Source: Octopus bimaculoides (Eukaryota). From it: a DNA stretch of 50,577 nucleotides. Positions 1 to 12,785 of this stretch are shown piece by piece (position 1 is the first letter of the stretch; every line of letters starts with the position of its first letter). The notes under the pieces were generated by a model. That model saw only the letters and a list, made by a program, of their open reading frames with translations. It did not search any database and was not told where the DNA came from. The position numbers and the translations under genes were made by a program. Location of the stretch: the NCBI RefSeq assembly GCF_001194135.2, contig NC_068984.1, positions 79,421,503 through 79,472,079 on the forward strand, written 5' to 3'.

Positions 1-46
<46 letters not shown>

Positions 47-214
47 TTCTATTCTGTGATGGTAAGATCAACAAAAAAGTATTCTATCTTGTGAGAGATA
101 AATATTCAATAAACACAGTATATGTTTTTATGTACTACTATTAGTTTCATGTGCTGAGAACATGCCAAAGACTTCATTGGCTGAGTTACCAATATTAGAT
201 TCCATAAGTACCAT

Positions 215-1340
215 AACACTTTTCCAACTAAAATGAGATCTGATAAAAACTTTAGAAGTTCTAAAAAGAAGTTCGTATTTTCTGATAAGGCCAACAACCT
301 GTATAAAGTTACTAATGATCTATATGATAAGCTACTAAATGACACCATTTCCACTAAATATAAGAAAACTAACATAGAGAGATACAAGAATATTCTTAGC
401 TAAAAGAGAAGCCTTTATTACTTTAAAAGACCATCAGCCTAATTTTCATAATAAACCTACTTATTAAACCCAGTGAGGTCTGAAATTGGGCTATAAGCTA
501 AAAAAAAACTAAGAAACATTAATAATAAAATTAGAGAGACCACTAGGCTTCAACAATGAAATAATAGTTTTTCTGTAATAGATTGGTTCAAGAACATTAA
601 TAATAAGAATATGGCTAGATTCACCCAGTTTGACATATCTAGCTCACTGTTTGATAAAGCCATTGAGTTTGCTAAATCATGTTAATATAGGACCCTACAG
701 ACCTGGACTTTATCAGGCACGCAAGGAAATCACTACTGTTTAGTAAGAGCTAAGCATGGGTAAAAAAAAAGTTGGATAATGATGAATTATTCAATGTACT
801 TATGGGGTTGTATGATAGTGCTGACATCTGCGACTTAGGTGGTCTCTTTGTAAATACATTGAGATCTAAGTACCCATCTCTTGATGTTGGTCTATACCGA
901 GATGACAGTTTGGGTATTTCTCAAGGCTGTGATGGTTACACCCTTGATAAATTTTGCAAACTTACTTCAGTCACTTAGGCATTAAAACCACAGTAGCTAC
1001 TAACCTGTCTAAAGTTGATTTTTCAGATGTTTCCCTCGAGCTGAACTCCCCATAAACCTTACCATAAGCCAAATGAGAAACTTGCCTATATGCATAAACA
1101 GTCTTGTCACCTTCCTGTAATATTTAAAAACTTGATAGCTAATATCAGCAACAGAGTTTCTAACCTCTCTTCCTCTAAAAAAATTTTCAATAAGACAGTC
1201 CTCTACAACAACAATCCCCTAGCCAATAGTCGCTTGAAAGATAAATTAATATATGACCACTCTAATATTAATCAGAATAATAATAATAGACCTAAAAATA
1301 GACCTAGGAAAGTTTCTTTATCACACAGCACATATACATG
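215..1340 (+). mobile_element. Decayed Penelope-like element reverse transcriptase (Naiad-type), with frameshifts and stops
   Basis: Translated pieces fall in the expected order: FVFSDKANNLYKV..LYDKLL, KREAFITLKDHQPNF, ARKSLLF, FNVLMGLYDSADICDLGGLF, GLYRDDSL, HKQSCHLPVIFKNL..ISNRVSNLSS, RPKNRPRKV. These resemble recalled Naiad motifs (FITLKDHK, FDVTMGSYDGAEVCELVG, LYRDDGL, HKQSNHPP). No endonuclease domain is visible. Confidence 0.8.
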
Positions 1341-1554
1341 AAGGGAAAATCATGAATATACAGAGTCCTGTGTGATGGAATGAACAGGCTTTTTGTTTTT
1401 AAATCACTACAATTCTTTCAACGCATTGGTATCAGCTGGTAATCAGTGAATTTTACACATATTATATATGTAACTGCATTAATATGTTCCAACAACAGCT
1501 GTATACCTGCACATCTTCAGATAAGTAGGGGGTCTAGAACACTTGCTAGGTCAT

Positions 1555-1860
1555 CTTTATTTTCATTTTGTTTCACATCCATGTTGACATGGGTTGAATG
1601 GTTTAACAGGAGCTAGCAAGCCAGAGGACTGTGCTAGACTCCATTATCTGTATTAGCATAGTTTCTCTAAGTGTATAGTATACACACTCACACACACACA
1701 CACACACACACACATCATCATCATCATCATCATTGTCATCATGATCATCATCGTCATCGTCATCATCATCATCATCGTCATCATCATCATCATCGTCATC
1801 ATCATCATCATCGTCATCATCATCATTTTTGCAACCATTTCTTCACCATTCAACCATGAT
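1555..1860 (-). repeat. RTE-type LINE/SINE 3' tail remnant plus (CA)n and (CAT/CGT)n microsatellites
   Basis: catgttgacatgggttgaatgg...ccagaggactg resembles the reverse-complemented RTE tails at 18101-18240 and 32380-32525. Pure simple repeats follow. Confidence 0.55.
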
Positions 1861-2854
1861 ATGTCCACATATGCCTGCATAAGTATACACACACACACCA
1901 CACTGACATATATAGATATTTATGTAGTATAAATGCGTTTGTGTAGAAAAGGTGAGAAAAGCAAACATTGAGAAACACTAAAAGTACTTCATATAGATTT
2001 AGCAAGAAATTATAGAGGAGAATTTGATATATTCCTATATTTCAGCTTCAGAACAGTTAAATTGACCATCATAATGTGATATTCATTTTATCATGCTTAA
2101 TACTGCTACTAGTACCGAAAATATATTAAATAGTGTTTCATTTTGCACCGCATCCATGCAAAATAGACTCATATATCTTCTGTCAAAATAGTTTAAGACA
2201 ATATCTGCCTTGTTTGTTCAGATATTTGGTGCGGCGATTATATAACGGAAAGCTAATGCAAACAAGAAGATGTTGGAGGGTATCATCAAACACTTTGGAA
2301 ATTGGTTACTGGCCTGTAAAACTTATTCAGTAAGAAATGAGAATTGACTCTAGTTTGCTAATGTGTATTTATTTCATTTTATATTGCATTTTGTGTATAA
2401 TAGCATCGTTGAATACCAGTTTCCAGTAAGCTAATCATTTTATGATGGTGAGATTCACAAGGGAGTGTCTGTGTAAATAGGGTGGAACAAATACCAAATA
2501 GTGTTTGATTAGTCAGAAGCACTGGCTTCTGGATTTTATCACCTATGTTTACATCAAAAGATACAAACACAAACACACACACACACTGACACAACACACA
2601 CACATACTGACACATAGACACATACACTCACACACATGCACACACACTTAGACAAACACATAAGAGATACAGGCAATGTTGTGTGGCTAAGAATTAGCTT
2701 TACAACTAGATGGTTTTGCAGTCAGTTCTATGGTGTGGTACCTTGGACAAGTGTCTTCTACTACAGCTCCAAGCCAATCAAAGACATGCAAGTCAATCTG
2801 CTAGGCAAAAATTGCAATATAGCCCATCAGGTATGTGTGTGTGTGTGTGTGAAG

Positions 2855-3200
2855 ATGCATGGCTCAGGGGTCAGAGCATCTGGCTTACAATCATGAGGTT
2901 GTGAGTTTGATTCCCAGACCGGGTTGTGCATTGTGTTCTTTTGAGCAAAACACTTTATTTTGAATTGCTCCAGTTCACTCAGCTGTAGAAGTGAGCTGCA
3001 ATGTCACTGGTGCCAAGCTGTATCAGCCTTTGCCTTTCCCTTGGACAACAGCAGTGGCATAGAGAGTGGAAACTGCTATACATAAGCAACTGCTGGTCTT
3101 CCACAAACAACTTTGCCCAGACTTGAGCCTCAGTGGGTAGTGTGAGATGTAACATTCTAGGTGCAATTCCATGGTCACTCATGATGGAAGGGTGTCTTTA
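2855..3200 (+). mobile_element. Diverged tRNA-derived SINE (CORE-like)
   Basis: A-box-like ggctcaggggtcagagc, B-box-like gtttgattccc, then a ttctttgagcaaaacacttt CORE-like segment and gctccagttcactcagctg. Confidence 0.55.
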
Positions 3201-3217
3201 CTCTTTATATATATATA

Positions 3218-3487
3218 TAGTGAGAATTTACAAAAAAAAAACAAAAGACGAAGACGGGTGTGTAAACAACAAACAGATGTATTAGTTAATGCTCGGGAAG
3301 TGAGAAAGTCTTTTACGTTTCGAGCCTACACTCTTCGATAGAAAGTAACACTGAAATAAACAGGGAGAGAAAATAGAAAAAGCATAGTGGCTAGCAATAT
3401 ATAAGTACATATATATATTTAGTGTGGGTACTGAGTTAAACAATGTGTGTGGTTGTTCATATAGTGGTATGTGTGGTGACACTATTG
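3218..3487. mobile_element. Penelope-like terminal (pseudo-LTR) fragment abutting (TA)n, copy 1
   Basis: Homologous to 40769-40935 and, inverted, to 35912-35956 (shared acaaaagaygaagacNggtgt and cttttacgtttcgagcctaca). The reverse strand reads gaagag-n-ctcgaaacgt, typical of PLE ends. Family assignment is inferred. Confidence 0.5.
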
Positions 3488-4689
3488 NNNNNNNNNNNNN
3501 NNNNNNNNNNNNNNNNNNNNNNNNNNNNNNNNNNNNNNNNNNNNNNNNNNNNNNNNNNNNNNNNNNNNNNNNNNNNNNNNNNNNNNNNNNNNNNNNNNNN
3601 NNNNNNNNNNNNNNNNNNNNNNNNNNNNNNNNNNNNNNNNNNNNNNNNNNNNNNNNNNNNNNNNNNNNNNNNNNNNNNNNNNNNNNNNNNNNNNNNNNNN
3701 NNNNNNNNNNNNNNNNNNNNNNNNNNNNNNNNNNNNNNNNNNNNNNNNNNNNNNNNNNNNNNNNNNNNNNNNNNNNNNNNNNNNNNNNNNNNNNNNNNNN
3801 NNNNNNNNNNNNNNNNNNNNNNNNNNNNNNNNNNATATATATATATATATATATACAAGAGTTAAGGAATGGAGTAGATAAGATCCGGGCTACATACGTT
3901 TCATAGCTTTCGGAACCTTGGAAGTGATAAATATCCAAGCAAGGTGTATACCACAGGCTACTTGTCAGGCCAAGGATATCTTGATTAAATGAAAGTTTAC
4001 ATTGTCACAAGGAGGTACATGTTAAAACATGGAAGGTTCGATCAAAATGTGTGATCGAATCTTCCATGTACCTCCTTGCGATAATGTAATAATGTAGGAA
4101 GAGCAATATGATTACAATGGAGGTATGGTTTAATAGAAATATATTTAAGGATTAACTAAGTAAGTAGAAATAATAAATTTGCTGAGAAAGATAAAATAGG
4201 TTGCAATCCTCTCCATTACTAACCTTTACTTGTTTATCAAGTAATGATTGTTTTATTCCAGAGGTTTTTAAAAGTGCAGAGAAATTGGTTGTGGCATCAA
4301 TAGGAATGCAAACATTACCTCCATTTCATTCAAACAGCAACTATGAAATTTCAAAATAAATGTATATTCACACAGTTACACACGTAGACAGACACACATA
4401 TATATATATACTAATACAAATATACTAATATGATGTAATTTTTAACTATTTACTGTATTTCTTCTTATTGACCACAGATAAGGTAAAACGTCACAAGTGA
4501 AAGTTGCATTGCAAGCATGTCTGGATTTCAATTTTCTCTTAGAAAAGAGATAAAGTGCTTCAGGGCAAGACAAGGAATGACATTACCTGGATTTATGGAA
4601 AAAACATGACATTGCCAGCAGTGTATGTGTGTGTTGCATGTGTGTGTGTGTGGGGGGAGATATCACTTATAGAGATTTAACTGTCTATC

Positions 4690-4730
4690 AGTTAAACAGA
4701 TAGATAGATGGATAGATGGATAGATAGATG

Positions 4731-4770
<40 letters not shown>

Positions 4771-4962
4771 CACAGACAGGCAGGCAGGTAGATAGGTAGG
4801 TAGGTCTGTATGTATGTATGTATGTATGTATGTATGCATGTAGGTAGGTAGGTAGGTAGGTTAATGAATGGATAGATTGATAGATAGATAGATAAAAGAA
4901 AGGAAGGAGAGAGAGAACAACTAATGACAGAGGGCAGAAAAATGGAAGGAAAGAACAAAGAT

Positions 4963-4998
<36 letters not shown>

Positions 4999-5220
4999 AG
5001 AAGTGAAAGAAAAGAAGAAAAGAATGAAGTTGTATAGCAGGATAGAAGGAAGCTAAAAGAATGAAAGAAAGAAAAAGAAGAAGAAAAAATAGGCTAAAGA
5101 AATTAAGAAGAAACAAGCACAAAAGATGGGAAAGGATAAAAGGAAAGTGAGTGCAAGTAGTTAGAAGAATGGCTTCTCTTCTATTTTCAATTTGGTACAT
5201 GCAAAATCTTTAATTACTAA

Positions 5221-5254
<34 letters not shown>

Positions 5255-5255
5255 G
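4690..5255. repeat. Compound microsatellite block (AGAT)n/(AGGT)n/(ATGT)n/(AAAG)n/(ATT)n
   Basis: Directly visible tetranucleotide and trinucleotide arrays. Confidence 0.95.
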
Positions 5256-6280
5256 GTTTATCTCTTAAGCTCCCACACAACCCCAACTTAGCTCTTCTGC
5301 CCAGTGCTCAGAATAGTATCTCCAGGTTTCTATTACCTAGAGACATTTAGCTTCTTCTCCATAGCTCAATATAAACATAATCTAACTCATCAATTGAATT
5401 TCTATTTTCCCCAACAGCTCATATAAATATATATATATNNNNNNNNNNNNNNNNNNNNNNNNNNNNNNNNNNNNNNNNNNNNNNNNNNNNNNNNNNNNNN
5501 NNNNNNTATATACCTATATATGTGTGTGTGTATATATGTATACCTATATATGTGTGTGTGTATATATGTAGCTATCGTGTCTCGATTATTCTCAGCCTTT
5601 CTTGTTTCTTTCTTTCATTTCCTCCTTTTATTCTAACCGTCTGTTCCTCTCTCTCCCTATCTCTCTCTCCCCATCTCTCTTGTTCTAGTTCTTTGTCTCT
5701 CTCCCACTCTTTCACTCATGTTTTGCAATATTCCAATGTTTTGTCTCTCATTTTACCATTTCTCTCTTTCACTTTACCTTCTCTCTCTCTCTCTCTCTTT
5801 CTCAATATATCATTCCTTTCTTATTCTCTGTCTCCACTCTCTTTTTTATTTTATGTCACTCTTTACTCTTTCCCATTTGTTTCATTCACTTCTTTTACAC
5901 TCCAATGTAATATAGGCACCAACAAAGGAATGTCTATGCCTTTGCTCAACCTGCAGGAAACAGTAATGAAATATCCCTCAAAATACACCAGTTGCCATTC
6001 CAAAATACATTTGGTTTGGTTACAGCTGAAATGTGTTTAATCACAAATCCAAAAATAAAACTAATTTGGCTAATTAGCCAAGACACCCATACTAAACCTG
6101 CCACAGCCTCAAGCCCACAGCCATACTTCCTCCTCCCTTTGTCTATTTTGCTGCTTCTACTGCAACATCTTCTATAAAACTCAAGTGAGGTTTATAATGG
6201 AATATTGACTCCACATTTGGGATAGTGCTACTGTCACCTACAGACGTCGAAAATAACATCCAGATCAGTACTGTCTTAAG

Positions 6281-6631
6281 CAGTAGTTCTCAACTGGGGC
6301 CTATATGGTTCCTGAGGGTCCATATAAGATTTTTGGGGGTCTGTGCAATAAAATTGTAAATTGGGGATCCACAAAAGTATTTTAAGGGCCCCTGAAAATA
6401 TTTTGCTTTAAGCGTATGTATTGCTATGTATTGCAAGAAACAACTAGATTTCTTTCTCTAACATTTTACATTGTTCAACCTACATAAGTTAATGTGTGAA
6501 AAATCAAAATAGGAATCTTGAAAAATGTTTCTATAAAACTAGTTTTTAAACATCAAATGGCTATGAGGGTCCATCAGAATAAAAACAGTAACCAAAGGGG
6601 TCCATAGACAAAAAATTATTGAGAAACCCTG
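6281..6631. mobile_element. hAT-type (Charlie-like) MITE
   Basis: Termini cagtagttctcaa ... ttgagaaaccctg form imperfect TIRs. The 8-bp flanks gtcttaag/gttttgag match at 6/8. Internal ggggtcc motifs are shared with 27190-27486. Confidence 0.7.
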
Positions 6632-7357
6632 GTTTTGAGGCATGGACACTTGGCAGTTGCCCAGAGGCCCTACAGGTCCAGGTCCAGATTAAATACATTG
6701 TTTATGTGTTTTAATTAATTTGGAAAATAAGGAAAATAATCAAGAATTTGAAAAGATTTAGCTAAATAACTATTTATTGTCAAGCTAGTTTAGGGTTATA
6801 GGCACAGCCATGGCTGTGTAGGTAAGATGTTCACTTCGCAACCACATGGATTTGGGTTCAGTACCACAGCATGGTGCCTCAGGCATGTGTCTTCTAGTTG
6901 CCCCAGGCTGGCTAAAACTTTATGTGTGCATTTGGTAGGCAAGAGTTCTTTCATGTTCATATGTATATGTGAAAGTGCTTGTGCTTTCTATTGATAGATA
7001 GGAAGGAAATAACATAGCATAACGTGTATATATGTATGTGTGTTTATCTTTTGTTGATGTATATCACTGATGTATATAATATAAACATTGAAAAAAGCTG
7101 GTGCTTAATGGAAAAAATTTCTTTGAGATAGTTATTCTACATTGATTTAGACAGACATTCCTTTATCGTTGTCACCATCAGAAATGGCCAACCAGAATGG
7201 CCAGCTGGAAATCATTAGTCAGTTGGAAACCTGTAACCAGCTGTGTTATTGTTCATGAATTGTTATATAATATATATAAATAACAGAATAAATGACAGAA
7301 ACAGGTTATAGTTTATGGGATAAACGTCAATACATTAATGGTACTCTTTCTCATTTA

Positions 7358-8013
7358 CAGGGCTGTATTTACGTATGGGCCAATATGGGCCACAGCTCAA
7401 GGGCATCCAAGGTTGGGGGTCCTCTTTTAACTCAGAAAAGCTTCAAGCTTAGAATTAAAAATTAAGAATGTATTTACAGCAACCAAATAAATAGCTTGTA
7501 ATTTATTTTCTTGATAAATTTTTGTTAATCCAGTATGGTTCTTTTAAAATTATTGAGCCCACATTTGATTTATTGGGCTTGTTTAGATTTACTATGTCTT
7601 TAAATTTAACTGAGTCTTTCTAAATTTAAAGAAGATTTTTGAAATTTAATGGAGTCTTCTTTATTATCTTATTATATTTTGAATTAACAAAATTATAGAG
7701 GCTTGAAAACCTATCAGCTTAGGAGACCCAAAAACATATTGGCTCAGGGTCCCCAATAACCTATCAGCTCAGGGGCCCCAAAATCCCATTGGCTCAGAGA
7801 CAACAAAACCCTATTAACTCAGGGGTCCTCAAACCCCATTGGCTCGTAGGCTCCAAAAGCTCATTGGTTAATAGGCTCCAAAATCCCATTGGCTCAGGGC
7901 CCCAAAAGCCTATCAGCTCAGGGGCCCCAAAGACCTAATGACTCAGGGGTCTCAAAACCCCCCAAAACCTATTGGTTCAAGGGCCACACTAGGTATAAGC
8001 AAATCCAACTCTG
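7358..8013. mobile_element. Non-autonomous element with weak TIRs and an internal ~25-bp minisatellite
   Basis: Left end cagggctgtatttac versus reverse complement of the right end cagagttggatttgc (11/15). About 7730-7985 is a tandem array of variants of cctatcagctcaggggccccaaa / cccattggctcagg. No TSD found. Confidence 0.5.
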
Positions 8014-8528
8014 TCCATCGGGTGACAGTTTGTGACATCACAACTGTTTCAATTTGTGTCGAGTTTGGGACGTCATAAAACAAATCAGTCCCATAATGCA
8101 TTTTAGGATGGTACAGTTTCTGTTTGAGCCAATCTCTTTACCTGACCCTCTCCTTGTTCCTCTCCTTTCTCCTCTTCTCTGATGGACATTTCAAAGAAAG
8201 AAAAACACTATCACTTTATACCAAGTATGAAAAAACATTGTAAAAGTATTCTTTCTCCAAAGACTTGTTATTATTGTAACATTGAAAGCTTGGGAAAGAT
8301 TTTCTTCTCATTTTTGTTGCTGATTTTGTTTTTAAATGTTGTAGCAATGTTGACATTTTTTTTGTTTCTTGTCAAAGATAACTTTTGATCTCTAGCTTTT
8401 TTCTAATTTTATTTACTTATTTTCTTTATTTCTTCCGTTATTTATTTTTTAAATATATTTTCTCTTTATATATTTTTCTTATACTTTTTTTTCATATAGT
8501 TTCCTTATTTACATATTTTCTTTATTTC

Positions 8529-8572
<44 letters not shown>

Positions 8573-9078
8573 TATCATCATCATCATCATCATCATTTAT
8601 TTATTTCATTATTTTTACCTCCTATATTTCCTTTCCTTTTTGCCATTGTTGTTGTTATTGTAGTTGTTGTTGTCATCGTCATCATCGACGGCAGCATCAT
8701 TGTTGTTCTTCTTCTTCTTGGGCACATTTGATCTTTTTCACTAATAATAACAGAAAATACTCCATTTGATTGCTTACACACCATTAATCAAAAGTCAAAG
8801 AACCAGTAGAATCATCTTATTTTAAGTTCTTCATTCCCCAAAGCTACTTAGCTTTTATTCTATATTGTTGTTATTTACCTTCTGTTTCTTTCTTTTTTTT
8901 TTGTTTGTTTGTTTCTTTTTTGTTTTTTATTTGCCCTTTGTAGTTTTTCTGTTTTTCATTTTTTTTCTTTATTAGAACCCGTTCACAGAATCTAAAGAGA
9001 ATATTTCCTTTCTTTGACTGACCCTAAAGACACCTAGTGTCATTCATACCCCCACCAAATTTATTACTACTACTACTA

Positions 9079-9117
<39 letters not shown>

Positions 9118-9119
<2 letters not shown>

Positions 9120-9360
9120 CATTTACTTGTTTCAGTCTTTTGACTGTGGCCATGCTGGAGCACCAACTTAAGTCGAGCAAATCGACCCCAGGACTTATTC
9201 TTTGTAAGCCTAGTACTTTTTCTATCAGTCTCTTTTGCCGAACCGCTAAGTTACGGGGACGTAAACACACCAGCATCGGTTGTCAAGCGATGTTGGGGGG
9301 ACAAACACAGACACACAAACACAGACACACAAACACATACACACATACATACATATATAC

Positions 9361-9403
<43 letters not shown>

Positions 9404-9546
9404 TACGACGGGCTTCTTTCAGTTTCCGTCTACCAAATCCATTCACAAGGCTTTGGTCAGCCTGAGGCTATAGTAGAAGACACTTGCCCAAGGTGCCACG
9501 CAGTGGGACTGAACCTGGAACCATGTGGTTGGTAAGCAAGCTACTT
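9118..9546 (-). mobile_element. tRNA-derived CORE-like SINE, family A
   Basis: Near-identical to the copies at 23981-24446, 33430-33801 and 44428-44760. tRNA-like head with B box (ggttcagtccc), gcaccttgggcaagtgtc CORE-like segment, internal (TA)n(TG)n, and gaaacaagtaaa tail. Confidence 0.85.
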
Positions 9547-9757
9547 AATAATAATAATAGTAATATTACTACTACTTATAATAATATTAATAATAGCATC
9601 AACAACGACTTCTTTAATAATGAAAATAATAATCATTACTATTTCTTCAATGGCTCAAGGGCCAATATATAAATACAATGCAGAATATGTCATAAGAAAG
9701 AAGTTGCAAAACATATACACGCAAGCACATACATACACACACATGTGTGCACACAAG

Positions 9758-10139
9758 CATAGCTGTGTGGTAAGAAGTTTGCTTCTCAGCCCCCATGGTT
9801 CTGTGTTCAGTTTCACTGCAGGTACCTTGGGCACTTGTTTTCTGCAATAGCCTTGGGCTGACCAAAGCCTTGTAAGTGGATTTGATAAAAAGAAACTAAA
9901 AGAAGTCCTTAGTATACGTGTATGTGTGTGTGTGTTTTTGGGTATGTGTTTGTCCCAACTGATGTTGTTCACTTACATCTCCATTATCTAGTGATTCAGC
10001 AAAAGAGACTGATAGAATAAATACCAGGCTTAAGAAAATAAGCACCGGGGTCAATTCATTTGACTAAAACCCTTCAAGGCAGTACTGTAGCATGGCCGCA
10101 GTCTAATCACTGAAACAAGTAAAAGATAAAAGATAAAAG
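9758..10139 (+). mobile_element. tRNA-derived CORE-like SINE, family A (diverged)
   Basis: Same head, CORE, microsatellite and tail order; ends in a (aaagat)n tail. Confidence 0.8.
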
Positions 10140-10495
10140 AAAAAAGAGTGGTCTCCTTTCTTGATTTTTTTCCCCATCTTTTTGAAAGACCAGTGTTCTT
10201 TCACTTTCTTTCAAAAGAACCAGCTATGTTGTATATTTGAGCCTGCAAAATTGCTTGGAAATATGCGGCATGCTATACAAGCGTGTCAGATCATTGTGTT
10301 TTTACAGCATGAAACTAACAGTGGCTTGAATTTAAGTCTTGTGCATATCAAGTGATACTTATCTCTCACTGCATAGAGTACTTTTTACTTTTCTTGCTGG
10401 TCCTACTAATAACAGAACAGTACATGATTGATTGATAGATAGATAGATAGATGGATAGATAGATAGACAGACAGACAGACAGAGAGATATAGATA

Positions 10496-10895
10496 TACTC
10501 CTTTTTACTCTTTAACTTGTTTCAATCATTTGACTGCAGCCATGTTGGAGCACTGCCTTTAGTCGAGCAAATTGATCCCAGGAGTTATTCGTTGTAAGCC
10601 TAGTACTTATTCTATTGGTCTCTTTTGTCGAGCCGCTAAGTTACGGGACGTAAACACACCAGCATTGGTTGTCAAACGATGTTGGGGCGGGGGGACAAAC
10701 ACAGACACACAAACACACACATACATATATATATACATATATACGACGGGCTTCTTTCAGTTTCCGTCTACCAAGTCCACTGACAAGGCTTTGGTCGGCC
10801 TGAGGCTATAGTAGAAGACACTTGCCCAAGTGGGACTGAGCCCGGGACCATGTGGTTGGTAAGCAAGCTACTTGCCACACAGCTACTCCTGCACC
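10496..10895 (-). mobile_element. tRNA-derived CORE-like SINE, family A
   Basis: Full homology to 9118-9546, with a small deletion in the head. Confidence 0.85.
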
Positions 10896-12785
10896 TATAT
10901 ATATATATAAATGATAAACGTCGCCCTTTCAAAGCCTAGCAAGGCTCATGGGCCCGATTTTCCGGTTTCTATGGCATATGGGTCGCCAGTCCNNNNNNNN
11001 NNNNNNNNNNNNNNNNNNNNNNNNNNNNNNNNNNNNNNNNNNNNNNNNNNNNNNNNNNNNNNNNNNNNNNNNNNNNNNNNNNNNNNNNNNNNNNNNNNNN
11101 NNNNNNNNNNNNNNNNNNNNNNNNNNNNNNNNNNNNNNNNNNNNNNNNNNNNNNNNNNNNNNNNNNNNNNNNNNNNNNNNNNNNNNNNNNNNNNNNNNNN
11201 NNNNNNNNNNNNNNNNNNNNNNNNNNNNNNNNNNNNNNNNNNNNNNNNNNNNNNNNNNNNNNNNNNNNNNNNNNNNNNNNNNNNNNNNNNNNNNNNNNNN
11301 NNNNNNNNNNNNNNNNNNNNNNNNNNNNNNNNNNNNNNNNNNNNNNNNNNNNNNNNNNNNNNNNNNNNNNNNNNNNNNNNNNNNNNNTATATATATATAT
11401 ATCAACATTTTGCTTAGATATAGTGATATTAATAACCTGCCATTAGAACTCGATGTACATATGCTTCAGAATAAAATGTTAATGAAGTAAGAGTATGATA
11501 TGAAATGGAATAAAAGAGAAAGGAACAAGAAATTAGGCAATAAAGCCTTTGAACTTAATTAGCTTACAGCTTGCTTTCCCAAATAAACTCACACTTCCCT
11601 TTCAAAGTTCTGCAGAAGCTGTAAGGAGATGCACAAGCGCTCATCTCTAAATGCACTGCCTTATAGCAGAAACTAACACAAATCCACTGATATTATGCGG
11701 TGGCCTAGTACTCAATAACAGAGCATTGATAATAGAATATGATGTACCAGTTATATACTTGGCATGGAGTGGTAATTCACTCAACTCTTACACTCTTCTT
11801 TTAGGTTTCTTGTCTTCTTACTAATGTAAGAAACTTATTTAAATCCAAACATTAATTTGTTTTAATTCGTTTCTTACATAATTTTCTTTTTTTAGTTGAG
11901 TTTTATGTTTTGTTTTGTTTTGGGTTTTTTTTTTTTTACCTCCAATAATTTTTGATATAAGATTCATGAAAATTATATTACTAGAAATTATGAAATTTTT
12001 GGAAATGAGTACAAAAGTGAAAATACTATATGACTTATTAGCACATTTCAATAAATAGGTGCAGTCTAAACACATTTTTATTAAATGCCTTTGAAAATGG
12101 CAAAAAGTTAAAAGTAAGTAGGTTGCGTGATGATTACATATGGATACAAAAGTGTCGAAATAATGACATTCACACACACACAGAAACATAGACATACATA
12201 TAAACACACACATATGTACAATAATACATACATATACACACACTTATGAACTCTAGCTCATTTCTCAAGTATTCAACATTTTTCTTGATATTTCCTTCTT
12301 TTATTTTTTTTAGTTATTATTTACTATTTTTGTTTTCTTTAAGGTGTCTCTAAGATTTTGAATCATGGAATTCTTGTAATCTTCTAATAGAAAATTACTT
12401 TAGAATTTAATGATTTCTTTACATTACCAAAAGAAAAAAAGAAAAACTTTTAATTATGACAGTCATGTAATGGATCAATTTGGTCAATTGAATAAATTAG
12501 TAGACAATAGTTTTACATATTTCCATGACCCCAGGAGGACGAAAAGCAAAATGTTATACATAGTCTGTCTCATGTTCAGGTCTAGTTTGTGTGTATGTGT
12601 CTTCTTAGGTTGACAGCACACGATATTCATAAACAAACATCTCTATCATGTGTGTGGTGTCCTTCATTTTCAGACTTCTCCACAAACATGTCTGCATAGA
12701 ACCTTGGACAAATGAATTTTCAGGCTGTCCAAAGACTTGTGAGTGGAAATTTGGCAAACAGAAACTGAAAGAAGCCTGTTATATA

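Noticed and set aside
2222-2329. Plus-strand 108-nt segment with AG/GT boundaries
   Set aside because: The most protein-like frame contains a stop, and there is no supporting neighbouring plus-strand exon.
7730-7985. CRISPR-like repeat-spacer array
   Set aside because: The units are contiguous degenerate tandem repeats without unique spacers, in eukaryotic DNA with no cas genes.
9420-9546. tRNA genes at SINE heads
   Set aside because: A/B-box-like motifs run directly into CORE-like SINE bodies; no complete cloverleaf is present.
10915-10992. Repeat fragment possibly related to MetaSINE-type elements
   Set aside because: Only about 75 nt is visible before the gap, too little to assign a family.
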